A stretch of 64,000 nt of DNA, from NCBI GenBank assembly GCA_963827165.1, contig CAWGZR010000009.1, positions 32,001-96,000 of the forward strand, read 5' to 3'. Shown piece after piece: positions 1 to 10,445 of the stretch. Position numbers and translations under genes: made by a program. Every line of letters starts with the position of its first letter. Positions within the stretch are counted from its first letter, which is position 1. This DNA comes from Candidatus Bathyarchaeota archaeon. Its GTDB lineage: Archaea > Thermoproteota > Bathyarchaeia > Bathyarchaeales > Bathycorpusculaceae. The notes below the pieces were generated by a model. The model saw nothing but the letters and a program-made list of their open reading frames with translations, searched no databases and was not told the DNA's origin.

Positions 1-25
1 AATGCGCGTAGTTTTTTTCTCATGG

Positions 26-982
26 TTATCGTCCAAGGGATTTGAACACTTCAGATAGATCGGGTGCGCGAAAACAGAATCCCTCAATGCTGCCGTACTT
101 TGTAAACTCGCGTAGGGTCTCATCAGGGTTCGCGCCTTTGGCCAAGAATAATGAAATGCCGCTCAAAGTTATGTCGGTACGGGTGACCTGTTGGATATTT
201 TCAACGCCCGAAGCGATTTTTTTGGCAGTTTGCTCGTCGCATTCGACGTCAATGCAACTGCCCGTCCGCCTCACTAGTTCGCGAGGTTCAGCAATAGCTA
301 ACATTACGCCCTCGCCTAAAACTGCGACGCGGTCGCATAAGGCTAGTGCTTCGTCGAGATAATTAGTCGCAACAACGACTGTCTTACTCTTTGATCTGAG
401 AAGGCGAAGGTAAGCCCAAAGCGCATGACGTGTATCTGCGTCAACTCCGAGCGTTGGCTCGTCGATGATGAACAATTCAGGGTCATGAAGGAAAGCTCGG
501 GCAATAGCAGTGCGTCTCTTGAGGCCTCCTGAAAGAGTGTTCACGACTTGGTCGCGCCGGTCTGAGAGGCCAAGAATTTCAAGGACTTCAAGAATCCTCT
601 TGCGCGAATTTTGCACATCGTATAGGCTAGCCGAGAATTTCAGGTTTTCAAAGATGGTTAATTCTTCGTAAAGCGCGTTTTCCTGAAGGACAAAACCCAT
701 TTTTCTTCGAAACTCAGCGGTATGTGTTGGCATCTTTTCGCCTAGCACATTGATCTCTCCCGATGTATGGCTCCGCAACCCGGATATGAGGGAAAGAAGC
801 GTCGTCTTTCCGGCTCCGTTTTTTCCAAGGAGACCCATAATTTCTCCGCGACGGACGTTTAGTGTAATTCCTCGAAGAATGTCTTTGCCTGAAATCCTGC
901 AGTCGACGTCTTGAAAATAAATGACACTATCCTTCATATTTTCTTTCACAATATCAGTAGATTCGGTAATGTCAATACTCAT
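26..982 (-). CDS. ABC-2 type exporter ATP-binding protein (DrrA-like)
   Basis: Walker A GKNGAGKT, signature LSGGLKRR, Walker B IIDEPT. An ATG at 23 (-) may start the permease, which runs off the window. Confidence 0.9.
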   Translation of the reverse strand: MSIDITESTDIVKENMKDSVIYFQDVDCRISGKDILRGITLNVRRGEIMGLLGKNGAGKTTLLSLISGLRSHTSGEINVLGEKMPTHTAEFRRKMGFVLQENALYEELTIFENLKFSASLYDVQNSRKRILEVLEILGLSDRRDQVVNTLSGGLKRRTAIARAFLHDPELFIIDEPTLGVDADTRHALWAYLRLLRSKSKTVVVATNYLDEALALCDRVAVLGEGVMLAIAEPRELVRRTGSCIDVECDEQTAKKIASGVENIQQVTRTDITLSGISLFLAKGANPDETLREFTKYGSIEGFCFRAPDLSEVFKSLGR

Positions 983-1349
983 GGATTAGACTGGCAAGTG
1001 CAATAACTATAAGTATTGTGAATTTTCAAACATGAACCATAAACCTTATTCAAGATCATCAAAAAAGTCAGGCAGAATTTCGACCTCAAGCGCCTTGCCA
1101 GGTTCTACGCGTGATTTTCCGAGTTAAAACCCGAGTATAGACCTAGGCCTGGGCACCACTTCATTTCCTGTCAAAAGATACTTGAAATGAGCTCTTTTTG
1201 ACTATTAAAAGCCTTACAAATGGAGCCGGAAACGGGTATACCCTGGGGTTTCTAGACTTCCATCGTCAGAAAGCTAATTTTTGTGTATTTGCACTACTAC
1301 CGCGAACAAAAGCCTTGGGGTACAGCTTTGGACCAAGTCACGCTTTTAG

Positions 1350-2859
1350 TTAACTATGGGCTGGATTTAAATTGATTATTTTCTGAATTTCTTCTGGCGC
1401 TTTTGCCCTGTAAAATTCGCTAAACGGAATCTTTGGACTGCTTCCTAAGTATGCTTCAACTAGGTTAGCTAAAACAAGTTTAACTTGTTCAGCGTTGACT
1501 CCACGTTGAATTAGCTTCCCCAAGGCAGATGCCTCTTTAACAGATCCTTTGAGGTAAATGTTGTATGCTGGAACGTTTCTTCCCTCAATGTTCAATGCGC
1601 AGCCCTGTAACCCGATGTCGGCAATTAGATGCCGAGCACACCCGTTAGGGCAGCCGCTAAAGCTAATTTGCAACTTGATCTTCTTCAAATTATCTCCAAA
1701 GCGTTTCTCAAGGCAATCAATGCTTTCCTTTGCTCGATTCTTGGGGTGGTCAATTGTTTTCCCACAAAAGTTTCCTGCGCAAGCAATGGTTGCCCACCTC
1801 AAATATGGACTCCCTAACTGATACCCAATCTCTTCGAGAGCCTTGGCTGCTTTTTCAATTGATTCATCTGGAACGTTGGCAAGAATTATGTTCTGATAGG
1901 GGGTTAGGCGTAGCTCTCCATTGCCTAATTTCTTGGAGATATTGGCGATTTTTACCATTTTTTCGTTATCTAAGATGCCGCTGGAGACTGGTATGTTGAT
2001 GAATGAGTAACCTTTCTGTTTTTGCGGTTGAACACCTACGTGCTCAGCCTTGAAATTCTCCAAATGAGCGGTGGTATAAGGTTGAAGAGTTTTAGCCATT
2101 TTTGCTTCGATGGTTTTCCTGAGTTTTTCAACGCCCCATGCCTCGACGAGCCAGCGAAAACGAGCCTTTGCTTTAACTTCTCTGCTTCCAAAATCCCTAA
2201 ACACCTCAGCAGCGCACCTTGCGACATCTAGTCATTTCCTTCTGCTGCACCACTACGTTTAATGGCTTAGCGAGTTGAGGCGCCGCGGCAACTGTCCCTC
2301 CAACATAAACTACAAAACCTACGATTCCGGATGGCTGCTTAATCGCCACAAAAGACAGGTCTTGCATTTCATGGTCACCACAGCTCGACATGCAACTGGA
2401 GATTGAAATTTTAAATTTCCTTGGCAAATCAAGGAAGTCTATATTGCCGTTAAAGAAACTATCAAGCTGTTTTACTATTGGCCACGGATCAACCAACTCA
2501 TCCTTAATTAGGCCTGCGGCTGGACAGCTTACTACAGCCCGTACGTCACCACCATGAGCCGTTGGGATCCCCTGCCCACCATGGTCCGTGGAAAACCCTG
2601 TCTTTTCAAGCCTTGAGAAAATGTTTAATGCATTTTGGGAATCTATCCAGTGTAACTGGATATTCTGTCGATCAGTGATTTCAGCATATCCTCTGCCGTA
2701 TTCTTGAGATAGGCTTGCGATTTCTGTAAACTGGTCGGCGGTTAAGCGACCGTTCGGAATTTTTATTCGCAAAAAACATTCGGAACCTTCACACCTATCC
2801 TTCCCCAAAACATATCGATTACGCATGGCTTCAATTTTAGCTGGCAATATTTCGCTCAT
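1350..2859 (-). pseudogene. Ferredoxin-dependent nitrite/sulfite reductase (siroheme-[4Fe-4S]), split by a 1-nt frameshift
   Basis: ORF 2206-2859 has LRIKIPNG, ITDRQNIQLH and LPRKFKIS. ORF 1350-2204 has HVGV, LRLTPYQN, CAGNFC and SGCPNGC. Removing one base at about 2232-2233 gives the continuous KEMLDVARCAAEVFRDFGSRE. Confidence 0.85.
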
Positions 2860-3245
2860 AAACTTGGACTTCCTTCAACGGATCTAACAAAATTTAGTAT
2901 GATGATAGTAATATAGCACATGCCTATGATTGAAGGTTTTTTCTGTTGGAAAGCACAAAAAAGCGGCTTAATAGCATTTGATCGTTTTCTTCGTTTAACG
3001 GTCTAACTAGGCCTTTGTATTTGTTAGTTGCTGGGCAACCGACGCATTTTCAAGAACTGCTCTGAAAAAACACCAAAACCCCTAACATAAACCAGAAGCA
3101 GCTATTTTTTTGCATCTAAAACTGGAAATTTTGCTAAAAAGCGAGCACATTTCTAAAAGAGTATTCTGCATACACTGGAATGCTATTTTTTGGAAGAAAA
3201 GTTTCATAAGGTATCTATATCATAAGGTATTGGGCTGGTCTCAGA

Positions 3246-3704
3246 ATGCTTTCATTGGGCTTAGATGATTTGGACAAGCGCATACTAAAGTTGCTTCAGG
3301 CTAATTGCCGCCTTTCCTTTGCAGAGCTTGGCCGCGAGCTAGATGTAGCTGAAGCCACGGTTAGATTTAGGGTTAATCGACTTGTAAGCAACGGAGTCAT
3401 AACCAGATTTGCTGCTTTGCTTGATCCGGCTAAAGTTGGTTTGAAAGTAACGGGGGCAATATTGCTCAAAATTGATCCAGCATATTTGGAAGAAGCCTGT
3501 AAGCAATTAGTCTCGTTTAGTGAAACGCAATACTTGTTTCAAAGCACCGGAGAATACGACGTAGTTTCGGTGATTGCTGCCCGAGACATGGACCACCTTA
3601 ATAATTTAATCAAAAAGACCAAGATTATCCCGGGTGTAAAAGATGCAAGGGTCTCGGTTACAACGAGGTTCTTGAAATTTGACCCAAGTATCGCCTTGGT
3701 ATGA
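3246..3704 (+). CDS. Lrp/AsnC family transcriptional regulator
   Basis: LDDLDKRILKLLQANCRLSFAELGRELDVAEATVRFRV HTH followed by a RAM domain (TGEYDV). Confidence 0.9.
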   Translation: MLSLGLDDLDKRILKLLQANCRLSFAELGRELDVAEATVRFRVNRLVSNGVITRFAALLDPAKVGLKVTGAILLKIDPAYLEEACKQLVSFSETQYLFQSTGEYDVVSVIAARDMDHLNNLIKKTKIIPGVKDARVSVTTRFLKFDPSIALV

Positions 3705-3885
3705 CATCTTTTCGTAACCCCAATCAGGTTCTTTACGTTGCTGATTCAGCAATAAATTTCTTCAAAATTTAGTTTTCCGTAAGGTTAATACGTAAAGTGA
3801 CGTCAATTATCGAAGGGAAGAGCAAAAATCATAATGGATAAGCAAACGCACTAAAAACAGCTTGACTTTGGTGAAAGGGAACGCA

Positions 3886-4419
3886 ATGCAGAAAAAAAAT
3901 GAGAAATGCAAAAATTCTGAGACAAAACCCAATTCAAGTCCAATAACGTCGCCCTTAAGCCTAGATGAAACGGACAGAATAATGCTGCAGATACTTCAAG
4001 ACGATTTTCCCATTGTTCAGCACCCTTGGCTTGAAATAGGCCGCAAACTCAACATCAGCGAAAGCGAAGTCATAAAACGAATAAAGCGACTCAACGAAGC
4101 GGGTGCCATCGTAAAGATAGGCCCGGTCTTTGAATCTTCAAAAATAGGTTTAAAGTCAGCTACTTTGGTCGCGATGAAGGTGCCAAAAAACAAAGTTGAG
4201 GACATTGCACGGATTATAAACGCTTACGATAATGTTTCGCACAATTATGAACGTGAAGATGAATATAATGTATGGTTCACTCTTTCGGCCTCAAGCAAAA
4301 ACAAATTGACCGCAACGCTGAATGAAGTCAAGCAAAAAACAGGCGTGAAAGATCAGGATGTACTTGACTTGCCTACCGTTCAGCGCTTTAAAATAAACGT
4401 ACATTTCGAACTAACCTAA
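3886..4419 (+). CDS. ahbA: Siroheme decarboxylase alpha subunit
   Basis: LQDDFPIVQHPW, TLVAMKVP, VSHNYER and YNVWFTL motifs; first gene of ahbABCD. ATG 3886 preferred over TTG 3862. Confidence 0.9.
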   Translation: MQKKNEKCKNSETKPNSSPITSPLSLDETDRIMLQILQDDFPIVQHPWLEIGRKLNISESEVIKRIKRLNEAGAIVKIGPVFESSKIGLKSATLVAMKVPKNKVEDIARIINAYDNVSHNYEREDEYNVWFTLSASSKNKLTATLNEVKQKTGVKDQDVLDLPTVQRFKINVHFELT

Positions 4420-4442
4420 ACAAACTTAAAAGTGAATGAAAA

Positions 4443-4976
4443 ATGGATGAAATTGACCGAAAACTTTTAGCAAGCATGGAAAAAGGGATCCCATTGACAA
4501 CGGAACCTTTCAATGAAATTGCTCTCCAGATAGGAATCACACCAAAAGAAGTTATCACTCGCTTATGCAGCCTTAAAGAGAAAGGTGTAGTCAGGCGATT
4601 TGGCGCTTCAATAAAACCTAACAATATCGGTTTCTCGGCAAATGCTCTTGTGGCTTGGAAGGTGCCTGAAAACAGCGTTCAAGAAATCGGAGCGTATATG
4701 TCAAGATATCAAGAAATCTCGCATTGCTATGAGCGCGAAACCGTCAATGGAAGATGGGACTACAATCTTTACACAGTTATACATGGAAGGGAACGAGAGG
4801 TTGTTCAACGTATGGTTAAAGAAATCTCAGATGGAATCGGAATAAGGGAATATAAAATCCTGTACAGCACTAGAGACCTAAAAAGAACTGTACTCCCTGA
4901 CAGCTCCGCCATGATTTCGGCAAAATCTTCCACTGTTTTGCCTTACGGTCTTTCTCGGGAGATGAATGATCCTTGA
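4443..4976 (+). CDS. ahbB: Siroheme decarboxylase beta subunit
   Basis: IPLTTEPF, RRFGA, ANALVAW, SHCYER, WDYNLYTVIHG. Confidence 0.9.
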   Translation: MDEIDRKLLASMEKGIPLTTEPFNEIALQIGITPKEVITRLCSLKEKGVVRRFGASIKPNNIGFSANALVAWKVPENSVQEIGAYMSRYQEISHCYERETVNGRWDYNLYTVIHGREREVVQRMVKEISDGIGIREYKILYSTRDLKRTVLPDSSAMISAKSSTVLPYGLSREMNDP

Positions 4977-6121
4977 TTAACATTACTAAACTTTGGTGTG
5001 GCACTCCAGGTTCGATGGATCATTTACGTTATGGCGCTGCAACTCATCAAAAACCGGTTGTCGTTTGGAACACAACGAGACGTTGCAACCTCAATTGTGT
5101 TCATTGTTACTCGAAGTCCGAGAATAAGATATACCCTAACGAATTAACCACTGAAGAAGCCAAAGCGTTTGTTAAAGACCTAGCAGAGTTTGGTGTTAAT
5201 GTACTGTTGTTTTCTGGCGGAGAACCCCTGCTTAGACACGACCTTTTCGAAGTTGCACGTTTCGCGACCGACCAAGGCTTACGAGCAGTATTATCCACGA
5301 ACGGTACACTAATTACCGAAAGCGTTGCAGTGCAACTAAAAAATGCGGGTTTCTCGTATGTAGGAATTAGTTTAGATGGCATAGGTGAAACTAACAATAA
5401 GTTCAGAGGTAAAAAAGAAGCTTTCGAACTGGCAGTTGAAGGAATTCGAAACTGCCTAAAAGCTAAAGTTAAAACGGGTTTGCGATTTACCGTTACGAAA
5501 TATAATTTCAAGGATCTTCCCGAAATCTTCAACCTCATTGAAGTCGAAGGAATCCCCCGAGTATGCCTCTATCACCTTGCCTACGTTGGAAGGGGAACTA
5601 CCATTACAAATGATGACCTAACACATGAACAAACGAGGGAGTTCATGGATTACATTTTAGAAAAAGCTGAGACTTTCCACAAGAAAAACTTAAACACCGA
5701 AATCTTAACCGTCGATAACCATGCTGATGCTGCCTACTTATATCTTAAGCTGAAGGAAAAGGACCCGAAAAAAGCTGAACAAGCCCTTCGACTTCTGCAG
5801 ATAAATGGCGGAAACAGTTCGGGCACCGGGATAGGTTGCGTTGATTTTAACGGATACGTGCATCCAGATCAATTCTGGCAACATTACTCGCTCGGAAATA
5901 TACGCAATCACAAATTCAGCCGAATCTGGACTGACGACTCAGAACCATTGCTTCGAGCCCTCAGAAACAGAAAAAGTCACCTACACGGAAAATGCATCGA
6001 ATGCAAATTTCTTGACATTTGCAACGGCAACCTCAGAGTTAGAGCGGAAGCAGTTTATGAAGACATATGGGCAACTGACCCCGCCTGCTACTTAACACCT
6101 GAAGAAATAAGGCCTCAGTAA
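4973..6121 (+). CDS. ahbC: Radical SAM/SPASM Fe-coproporphyrin III synthase
   Basis: PVVVWNTTRRCNLNCVHCY, YVGISLDG, TVDNHAD, HPDQFW and SPASM cysteines. Confidence 0.9.
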   Translation: MINITKLWCGTPGSMDHLRYGAATHQKPVVVWNTTRRCNLNCVHCYSKSENKIYPNELTTEEAKAFVKDLAEFGVNVLLFSGGEPLLRHDLFEVARFATDQGLRAVLSTNGTLITESVAVQLKNAGFSYVGISLDGIGETNNKFRGKKEAFELAVEGIRNCLKAKVKTGLRFTVTKYNFKDLPEIFNLIEVEGIPRVCLYHLAYVGRGTTITNDDLTHEQTREFMDYILEKAETFHKKNLNTEILTVDNHADAAYLYLKLKEKDPKKAEQALRLLQINGGNSSGTGIGCVDFNGYVHPDQFWQHYSLGNIRNHKFSRIWTDDSEPLLRALRNRKSHLHGKCIECKFLDICNGNLRVRAEAVYEDIWATDPACYLTPEEIRPQ

Positions 6122-6134
6122 GAAGGTTAATTGC

Positions 6135-7184
6135 ATAAACACAGTCGACCAAACGCATTCGGAAACGGGAGAAGTCGCACCGAGAGTTGTAGCTTGGGAA
6201 TCCACACGTGCATGTAATTTTGCCTGCGTCCATTGCAGAGCTGAAGCCCAAAAAGAACCCGATCCGAAACAACTCACAACCCAACAAGCACTTAATCTGG
6301 TTGATCAAATCGCCAAGTTATGCAAGCCAGTGTTCATTATAAGCGGCGGTGACCCTCTTCAGAGAAAAGACATCTTCGAAATTGCTTCACGCGCCTCCGG
6401 CTTAGGTTTTAGGGTGGTTATGTCACCAAGCGGCAGCAACTTGACCGCGGATACGTTTGAAAAAATGAATGCTTCTGGTGTAAAGATGATTTCACTTAGC
6501 CTTGACGGTTCAAACCCGGAAATTCATGACAATTTCAGGCAGGTGGCAGGCGCCTTCGATTTGGCTATGAAAAACATGTCTCTGGCTCGTCAAAGCGGAT
6601 TTGCTTTTCGCGTTAACACAACTGTGACCCAGCATAACCTTGATGACCTTTTCAATATTCAGAAGGTAGCGGCTGAAATGGGGGCTCGTGAATGGGACGT
6701 TTTTATGTTGGTGCCCACTGGTCGTGGAAAGGTGAAGATGGAAATAACTGCGGACCAATATGAGAAGACTATTCAGTCTATTTATAAAGCAAGCCTCACA
6801 TCGCCCATTCCGATTAAAATGACATGTGCGCCTCAATACATGCGGGTTATTGCTCAGCAACAGAAAGAACCACACCAATCACATGGAGGCGGCAGAGGAT
6901 GCATGGCTGGGAACGGCTTTTGCTTTGTATCTCACATCGGAGAAGTATTCGGCTGCGGTTTCCTCCCAATTTCAGCAGGCAATATTCGGCAACAAAAGTT
7001 TAAGCAAATCTACCAGCAATCGCCCTTGTTCATTCAGTTACGCAATCATGAATCGCTGAAAGGAAAATGCGGCGGATGCGAGTATAAGGCGTTGTGCGGT
7101 GGCTGCCGTGCAAGAGCATTATCCATACACAAGGACTACTTAGCAGAGGAACCATACTGCACTTACAATCCCCCATTAGTCTAA
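6135..7184 (+). CDS. ahbD: Radical SAM/SPASM heme synthase; true start is upstream of the called ORF
   Basis: The frame upstream of GTG 6330 is open and encodes PRVVAWESTRACNFACVHCRAEA. Downstream: FMLVPTGRG, TCAPQY, RGCMAG, CGGCRARA. Start is either ATA 6135 or TTG 6131 with a 1-nt frameshift. Confidence 0.85.
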   Translation: MNTVDQTHSETGEVAPRVVAWESTRACNFACVHCRAEAQKEPDPKQLTTQQALNLVDQIAKLCKPVFIISGGDPLQRKDIFEIASRASGLGFRVVMSPSGSNLTADTFEKMNASGVKMISLSLDGSNPEIHDNFRQVAGAFDLAMKNMSLARQSGFAFRVNTTVTQHNLDDLFNIQKVAAEMGAREWDVFMLVPTGRGKVKMEITADQYEKTIQSIYKASLTSPIPIKMTCAPQYMRVIAQQQKEPHQSHGGGRGCMAGNGFCFVSHIGEVFGCGFLPISAGNIRQQKFKQIYQQSPLFIQLRNHESLKGKCGGCEYKALCGGCRARALSIHKDYLAEEPYCTYNPPLV

Positions 7185-7324
7185 TACATAATAGTTCATA
7201 TTGCTAAACTAAAGATAAAACAAGCAATACTATCTTCTGACCAGAAATAACTCTTCATCTGTTTTTTGCATCTGAAAGATTAAGAACCAACTAGACATGA
7301 TGTCGTACTGCGGTCTAAAAAGAA

Positions 7325-8152
7325 TTACTTGAGCTCTTTTTGCAGTAAACTAAGTGCCTCTTCAAATTTAATCGGAACTTCATCAACTAACCCTAAATTC
7401 TTAAGCTTAGTAAAAAGCCTCGCAATAGATGGCAACTCAAGTCCCGCTGATTCAAGCAAAGCCACATCCTGCAGAACCTTATGCATTTCCCCGCCGCCCA
7501 GCAACGACCCATGGCTGACAACAATCACCCGATCGGCAAGTTCAGGCAACGCCTCCACATCATGGGTAGAAACCACAATTGTAGTTCCCTCAGCGCTAAG
7601 TTCATTTAGCAAATCAATCAGCCCTCGCCGCGACACCAAATCCAGATTCGCCGTAGGCTCATCAAGTATAACCAACTCAGGACGCAACACCAAGGCAGTC
7701 GCCAAAGAGACCTTTTTCTTTTCGCCAAAACTTAATCGGTGGGGAGGACGATTTTTCAAATGGCTTATACCAATGTCTTCAAGGATGTGGTCACATCTTT
7801 CCGCAATAACTTTGTCGGGAAGCCTCAGGTTTTTTGGGCCGTAAGCTATGTCTTCGATGACGCTTTGGTTGAAAAGTTGGTCATCGGGGTCTTGGAATAC
7901 AATGCCGATTTTTTGCCGCAGCTTTTGAAACGATTTTGAGGTTACGTCTTCGCCAAAAACCCTGATTTCTCCCCTCTCAGGAGACAAAAGCCCAGCTATG
8001 AGCAAAATGAGGGTTGATTTACCTGAACCGTTTGGACCCAACAAGGCTACTCGTTCGCCTTTTTGGATTTCAAACGACACATCAGAAATTGCCTTCACTC
8101 CAGCAGGATAGCTGAATTTAACGTTTTTTACTGAAATAATCGGTTCCGACAT
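7325..8152 (-). CDS. cbiO: ECF Ni/Co transporter ATPase (NikO/CbiO)
   Basis: GPNGSGKS, FQDPDDQLF, LSFGEKK, LDEPT. Confidence 0.88.
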   Translation of the reverse strand: MSEPIISVKNVKFSYPAGVKAISDVSFEIQKGERVALLGPNGSGKSTLILLIAGLLSPERGEIRVFGEDVTSKSFQKLRQKIGIVFQDPDDQLFNQSVIEDIAYGPKNLRLPDKVIAERCDHILEDIGISHLKNRPPHRLSFGEKKKVSLATALVLRPELVILDEPTANLDLVSRRGLIDLLNELSAEGTTIVVSTHDVEALPELADRVIVVSHGSLLGGGEMHKVLQDVALLESAGLELPSIARLFTKLKNLGLVDEVPIKFEEALSLLQKELK

Positions 8153-8163
8153 TAGTTGACCTT

Positions 8164-8979
8164 CTATAATATCAGTAAGATTAAACTAAACGCAATTATT
8201 ATTGACGATGCGAAGGCTACATCAAGCCATCTAAAAGAGGGTAACGCCAGTTTATGGTCGTTTTCTATGCTGAAGCCGCGTGACTTCATCGCAAGATAAA
8301 CTCTTTCTGAGCGTTCATAGGTGCGGATGAACAGGGCAGCGAGGATGGCGCCGAAGTCTTTTAGGGCTGGATAATTCATGGTGCTTCTGTGTATGTATGT
8401 TCGGGCTTCTTTAGCTATCAAAAAACTCTGCACTTCATGCACTGACACAAAGAAGTACCGGTAAGTCAAGCTAAACAATTGAACAACAACTGCAGGAATT
8501 CTTAGTGAAGCAAGGAGCTTTAGCAGTTTCTCAAAGCCCAGGGAAACCACAAGAGTAGTCAAGGATGCTACGCAGAACCAAACGCGAATAGTAAACACCA
8601 AAAACCGCGTGATTCCCGTTGAGGTAATGGCTAAAGTAAAAAGTCTAAAGTTGGTAGCGGCAATTGTTTGTCCAGGCGTTATGAAAAGGATGGGTATGGA
8701 GATTAATGCTGCAAATGCTGGAATCCAAATGGTTCTGGAAAGAAGATACTTAAATGGAACACGTGATGCAACGGCAAGAACGATCGGTATTATGCAGATT
8801 AGAAGTAAGTAGGGAAGCGAAAAAATGAAGAGGGAAGTCACTATCATGAAGACAACTACTATGAGGTTGATAAGCGGGTTGATGCTTTGCATCAGACCGC
8901 GCTTATTGCTCAAGTCTTCAACATAGACCAGTGACTCCGAACCATCGACTATATCTCTTAGAGACTGAGGAACTCTCAT
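8164..8979 (-). CDS. cbiQ: ECF Ni/Co transporter T component (NikQ/CbiQ)
   Basis: Multi-TM protein with LTYRY, EAR and RSERVYLAMKSRGF. Confidence 0.88.
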   Translation of the reverse strand: MRVPQSLRDIVDGSESLVYVEDLSNKRGLMQSINPLINLIVVVFMIVTSLFIFSLPYLLLICIIPIVLAVASRVPFKYLLSRTIWIPAFAALISIPILFITPGQTIAATNFRLFTLAITSTGITRFLVFTIRVWFCVASLTTLVVSLGFEKLLKLLASLRIPAVVVQLFSLTYRYFFVSVHEVQSFLIAKEARTYIHRSTMNYPALKDFGAILAALFIRTYERSERVYLAMKSRGFSIENDHKLALPSFRWLDVAFASSIIIAFSLILLIL

Positions 8980-9269
8980 GTTAACTGACTCTTTTTTCTT
9001 TGCACGATTTTAGCAACTACCAGCCCCAGACAGAAGAGCCCCAATGTTCCAAATACGCCGACAATGAGAAGACCCCAAGTATTCTCTAAGCCAGGAATGT
9101 TATAGCCGTCGAACGGTGCTTTGTAAATCGATGTCTCATTGTCATTCATTTTTCCCGCCTGCTTATCCAACGTTTCGAACGAATAAGATAATACGAAGGT
9201 GCCGACTAAGACGAATATCATCGCTATTGCGAGTATGAGTATTATGGTTCGTTTAGTTGTTAATGGCAA
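8976..9269 (-). CDS. NikN-like PDGLE-type small membrane subunit
   Basis: Two TM helices flanking APFDGYNIPG; lies between the M and Q genes. Confidence 0.75.
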   Translation of the reverse strand: MPLTTKRTIILILAIAMIFVLVGTFVLSYSFETLDKQAGKMNDNETSIYKAPFDGYNIPGLENTWGLLIVGVFGTLGLFCLGLVVAKIVQRKKSQLT

Positions 9270-9280
9270 AGTTTTTCACC

Positions 9281-10009
9281 TCACTCCTTAGCCTGCTTCT
9301 TTTGCTCGGTTGCTTGCTTGTTTTCCTCATCTAAATCCTCCTTGTTTTGGAGCTGGGGGATTCGTTTGAGGATGGGGCTTTGCATCAATAAATCTGGCCG
9401 TAGCTTTAGCAGGGTTCCTACCAATATCGCTGTGATTATGCCTTCTCCGACGCCTATGATTGAATGATTCATTGCCATGGCTGGAACTGCAACGTTGAGT
9501 CCGTACTGGAAGACTGGCTGTGAAAGACCTAGTTCTGTGCCTGCTGCGATAGCTGCTAGTACGTCGCCTGCGAACGCCGACACAAAAATTACAGCGTATA
9601 ATTTGTTGCCTTTTACTCCGACTAACTTGTACAGTAGCAGAAAGACCGCGCAGGGAACGAGTACGGCGATTATGCCCATGTTTAGGACGTTTGCTCCAAG
9701 AGTTGTGAGTCCACCGTCACCAAACAGCAGTGCCTGCAAGACTAGGATTACTGTTATGCCGATGCCGCCTGCAAAAGGTCCAAGAATCAAACCCATAGAG
9801 GCGCCGCCGAGCAAGTGAGCTGTGGTTCCACCCACGACAGGCCAGTTCATCATCATGGCTGCAAAGAAAAGCGCACATAGAAGACCCAGTATTGGGACCT
9901 GTTTTTCTGTGAGTTTAACTTTTTTTATGCAGATTGCCCACCAAATAATAGTGATAATAAACGCTGGAACGAAAACATAAGCTGTTAGATATCCGTCAGG
10001 TATGTGCAT
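9281..10009 (-). CDS. nikM: ECF S component, probably nickel-type (NikM)
   Basis: N-terminal MHIPDG metal-binding motif, GGTTAHLLG, QALLFGDGG, LGANVLNM; NikR-type palindrome directly upstream. Confidence 0.8.
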   Translation of the reverse strand: MHIPDGYLTAYVFVPAFIITIIWWAICIKKVKLTEKQVPILGLLCALFFAAMMMNWPVVGGTTAHLLGGASMGLILGPFAGGIGITVILVLQALLFGDGGLTTLGANVLNMGIIAVLVPCAVFLLLYKLVGVKGNKLYAVIFVSAFAGDVLAAIAAGTELGLSQPVFQYGLNVAVPAMAMNHSIIGVGEGIITAILVGTLLKLRPDLLMQSPILKRIPQLQNKEDLDEENKQATEQKKQAKE

Positions 10010-10025
10010 AGATGTCTCCTCCGCG

Positions 10026-10091
10026 GTAACACGTTTTATAGAAAACGTGTTACTTGAATAAAAGTGTTACTAATAATGAAAATCGTGTTAC
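10026..10091. promoter_or_regulatory. NikR-type operator(s) upstream of nikM
   Basis: Perfect 12-4-12 inverted repeat GTAACACGTTTT-atag-AAAACGTGTTAC (10026-10053, 28 bp); further GTGTTAC half-sites at 10064 and 10085. Confidence 0.75.
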
Positions 10092-10415
10092 TCATGCAGG
10101 TGCGCAAAATGAAAGCAGACAACCAGCCCACAGAAAAAAGGACCAGTTCCATCATCAGTTTGTTCCCACTTTCGTGCCCTTGATTCCAAACAGGGGTCCT
10201 GTCGGAACAGTCTGCTTGTGTGCGCTGGATAGGGAGAGCAAGATTGCTCAAATGTTAGCATTATCGCCGCAGCGTTCTTGGCTGCCAGTTTATGGCCGCA
10301 TTTTGGGAGGTGTTCTTACGTGTTTTGCAATTGTCCTTCCGGCAGAATAAACATTAACGTATTTTAGGAGACGAATCAGCGTGCCAATTTAAGGAAGACT
10401 TATATCTGTACCAAC

Positions 10416-10431
10416 ATGTCTATTCCGACAT
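10416..10431. promoter_or_regulatory. PadR-type operator ATGT-N8-ACAT
   Basis: ATGTCtattccGACAT between the TTATAT box (10400-10405) and the padR start. Confidence 0.65.
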
Positions 10432-10445
10432 AACGAGGTCTTCAT

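Noticed and set aside
1097-1158. tRNA or att-site relic ending GCCTGGGCACCA
   Set aside because: No TTCRA loop, D-arm or full cloverleaf, and no integrase nearby.
1350-2859. CobG (aerobic precorrin-3B synthase) or a programmed frameshift
   Set aside because: The corrin genes are the anaerobic set (cbiD, cbiG, cbiX), and there is no slippery sequence at the break.
3830-3849. Third copy of the cbiM/hemA motif before ahbA (ATGGATAA core)
   Set aside because: Only the core matches and the palindromic arms are absent.
3862-4976. Two additional Lrp/AsnC regulators
   Set aside because: The SHNYER/SHCYER motifs and the ahbCD context identify them as AhbA and AhbB enzymes.
10036-10350. ORFs 10054-10350 (+) and 10036-10251 (-)
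   Set aside because: They overlap the operator region, have no motifs and look like chance ORFs.
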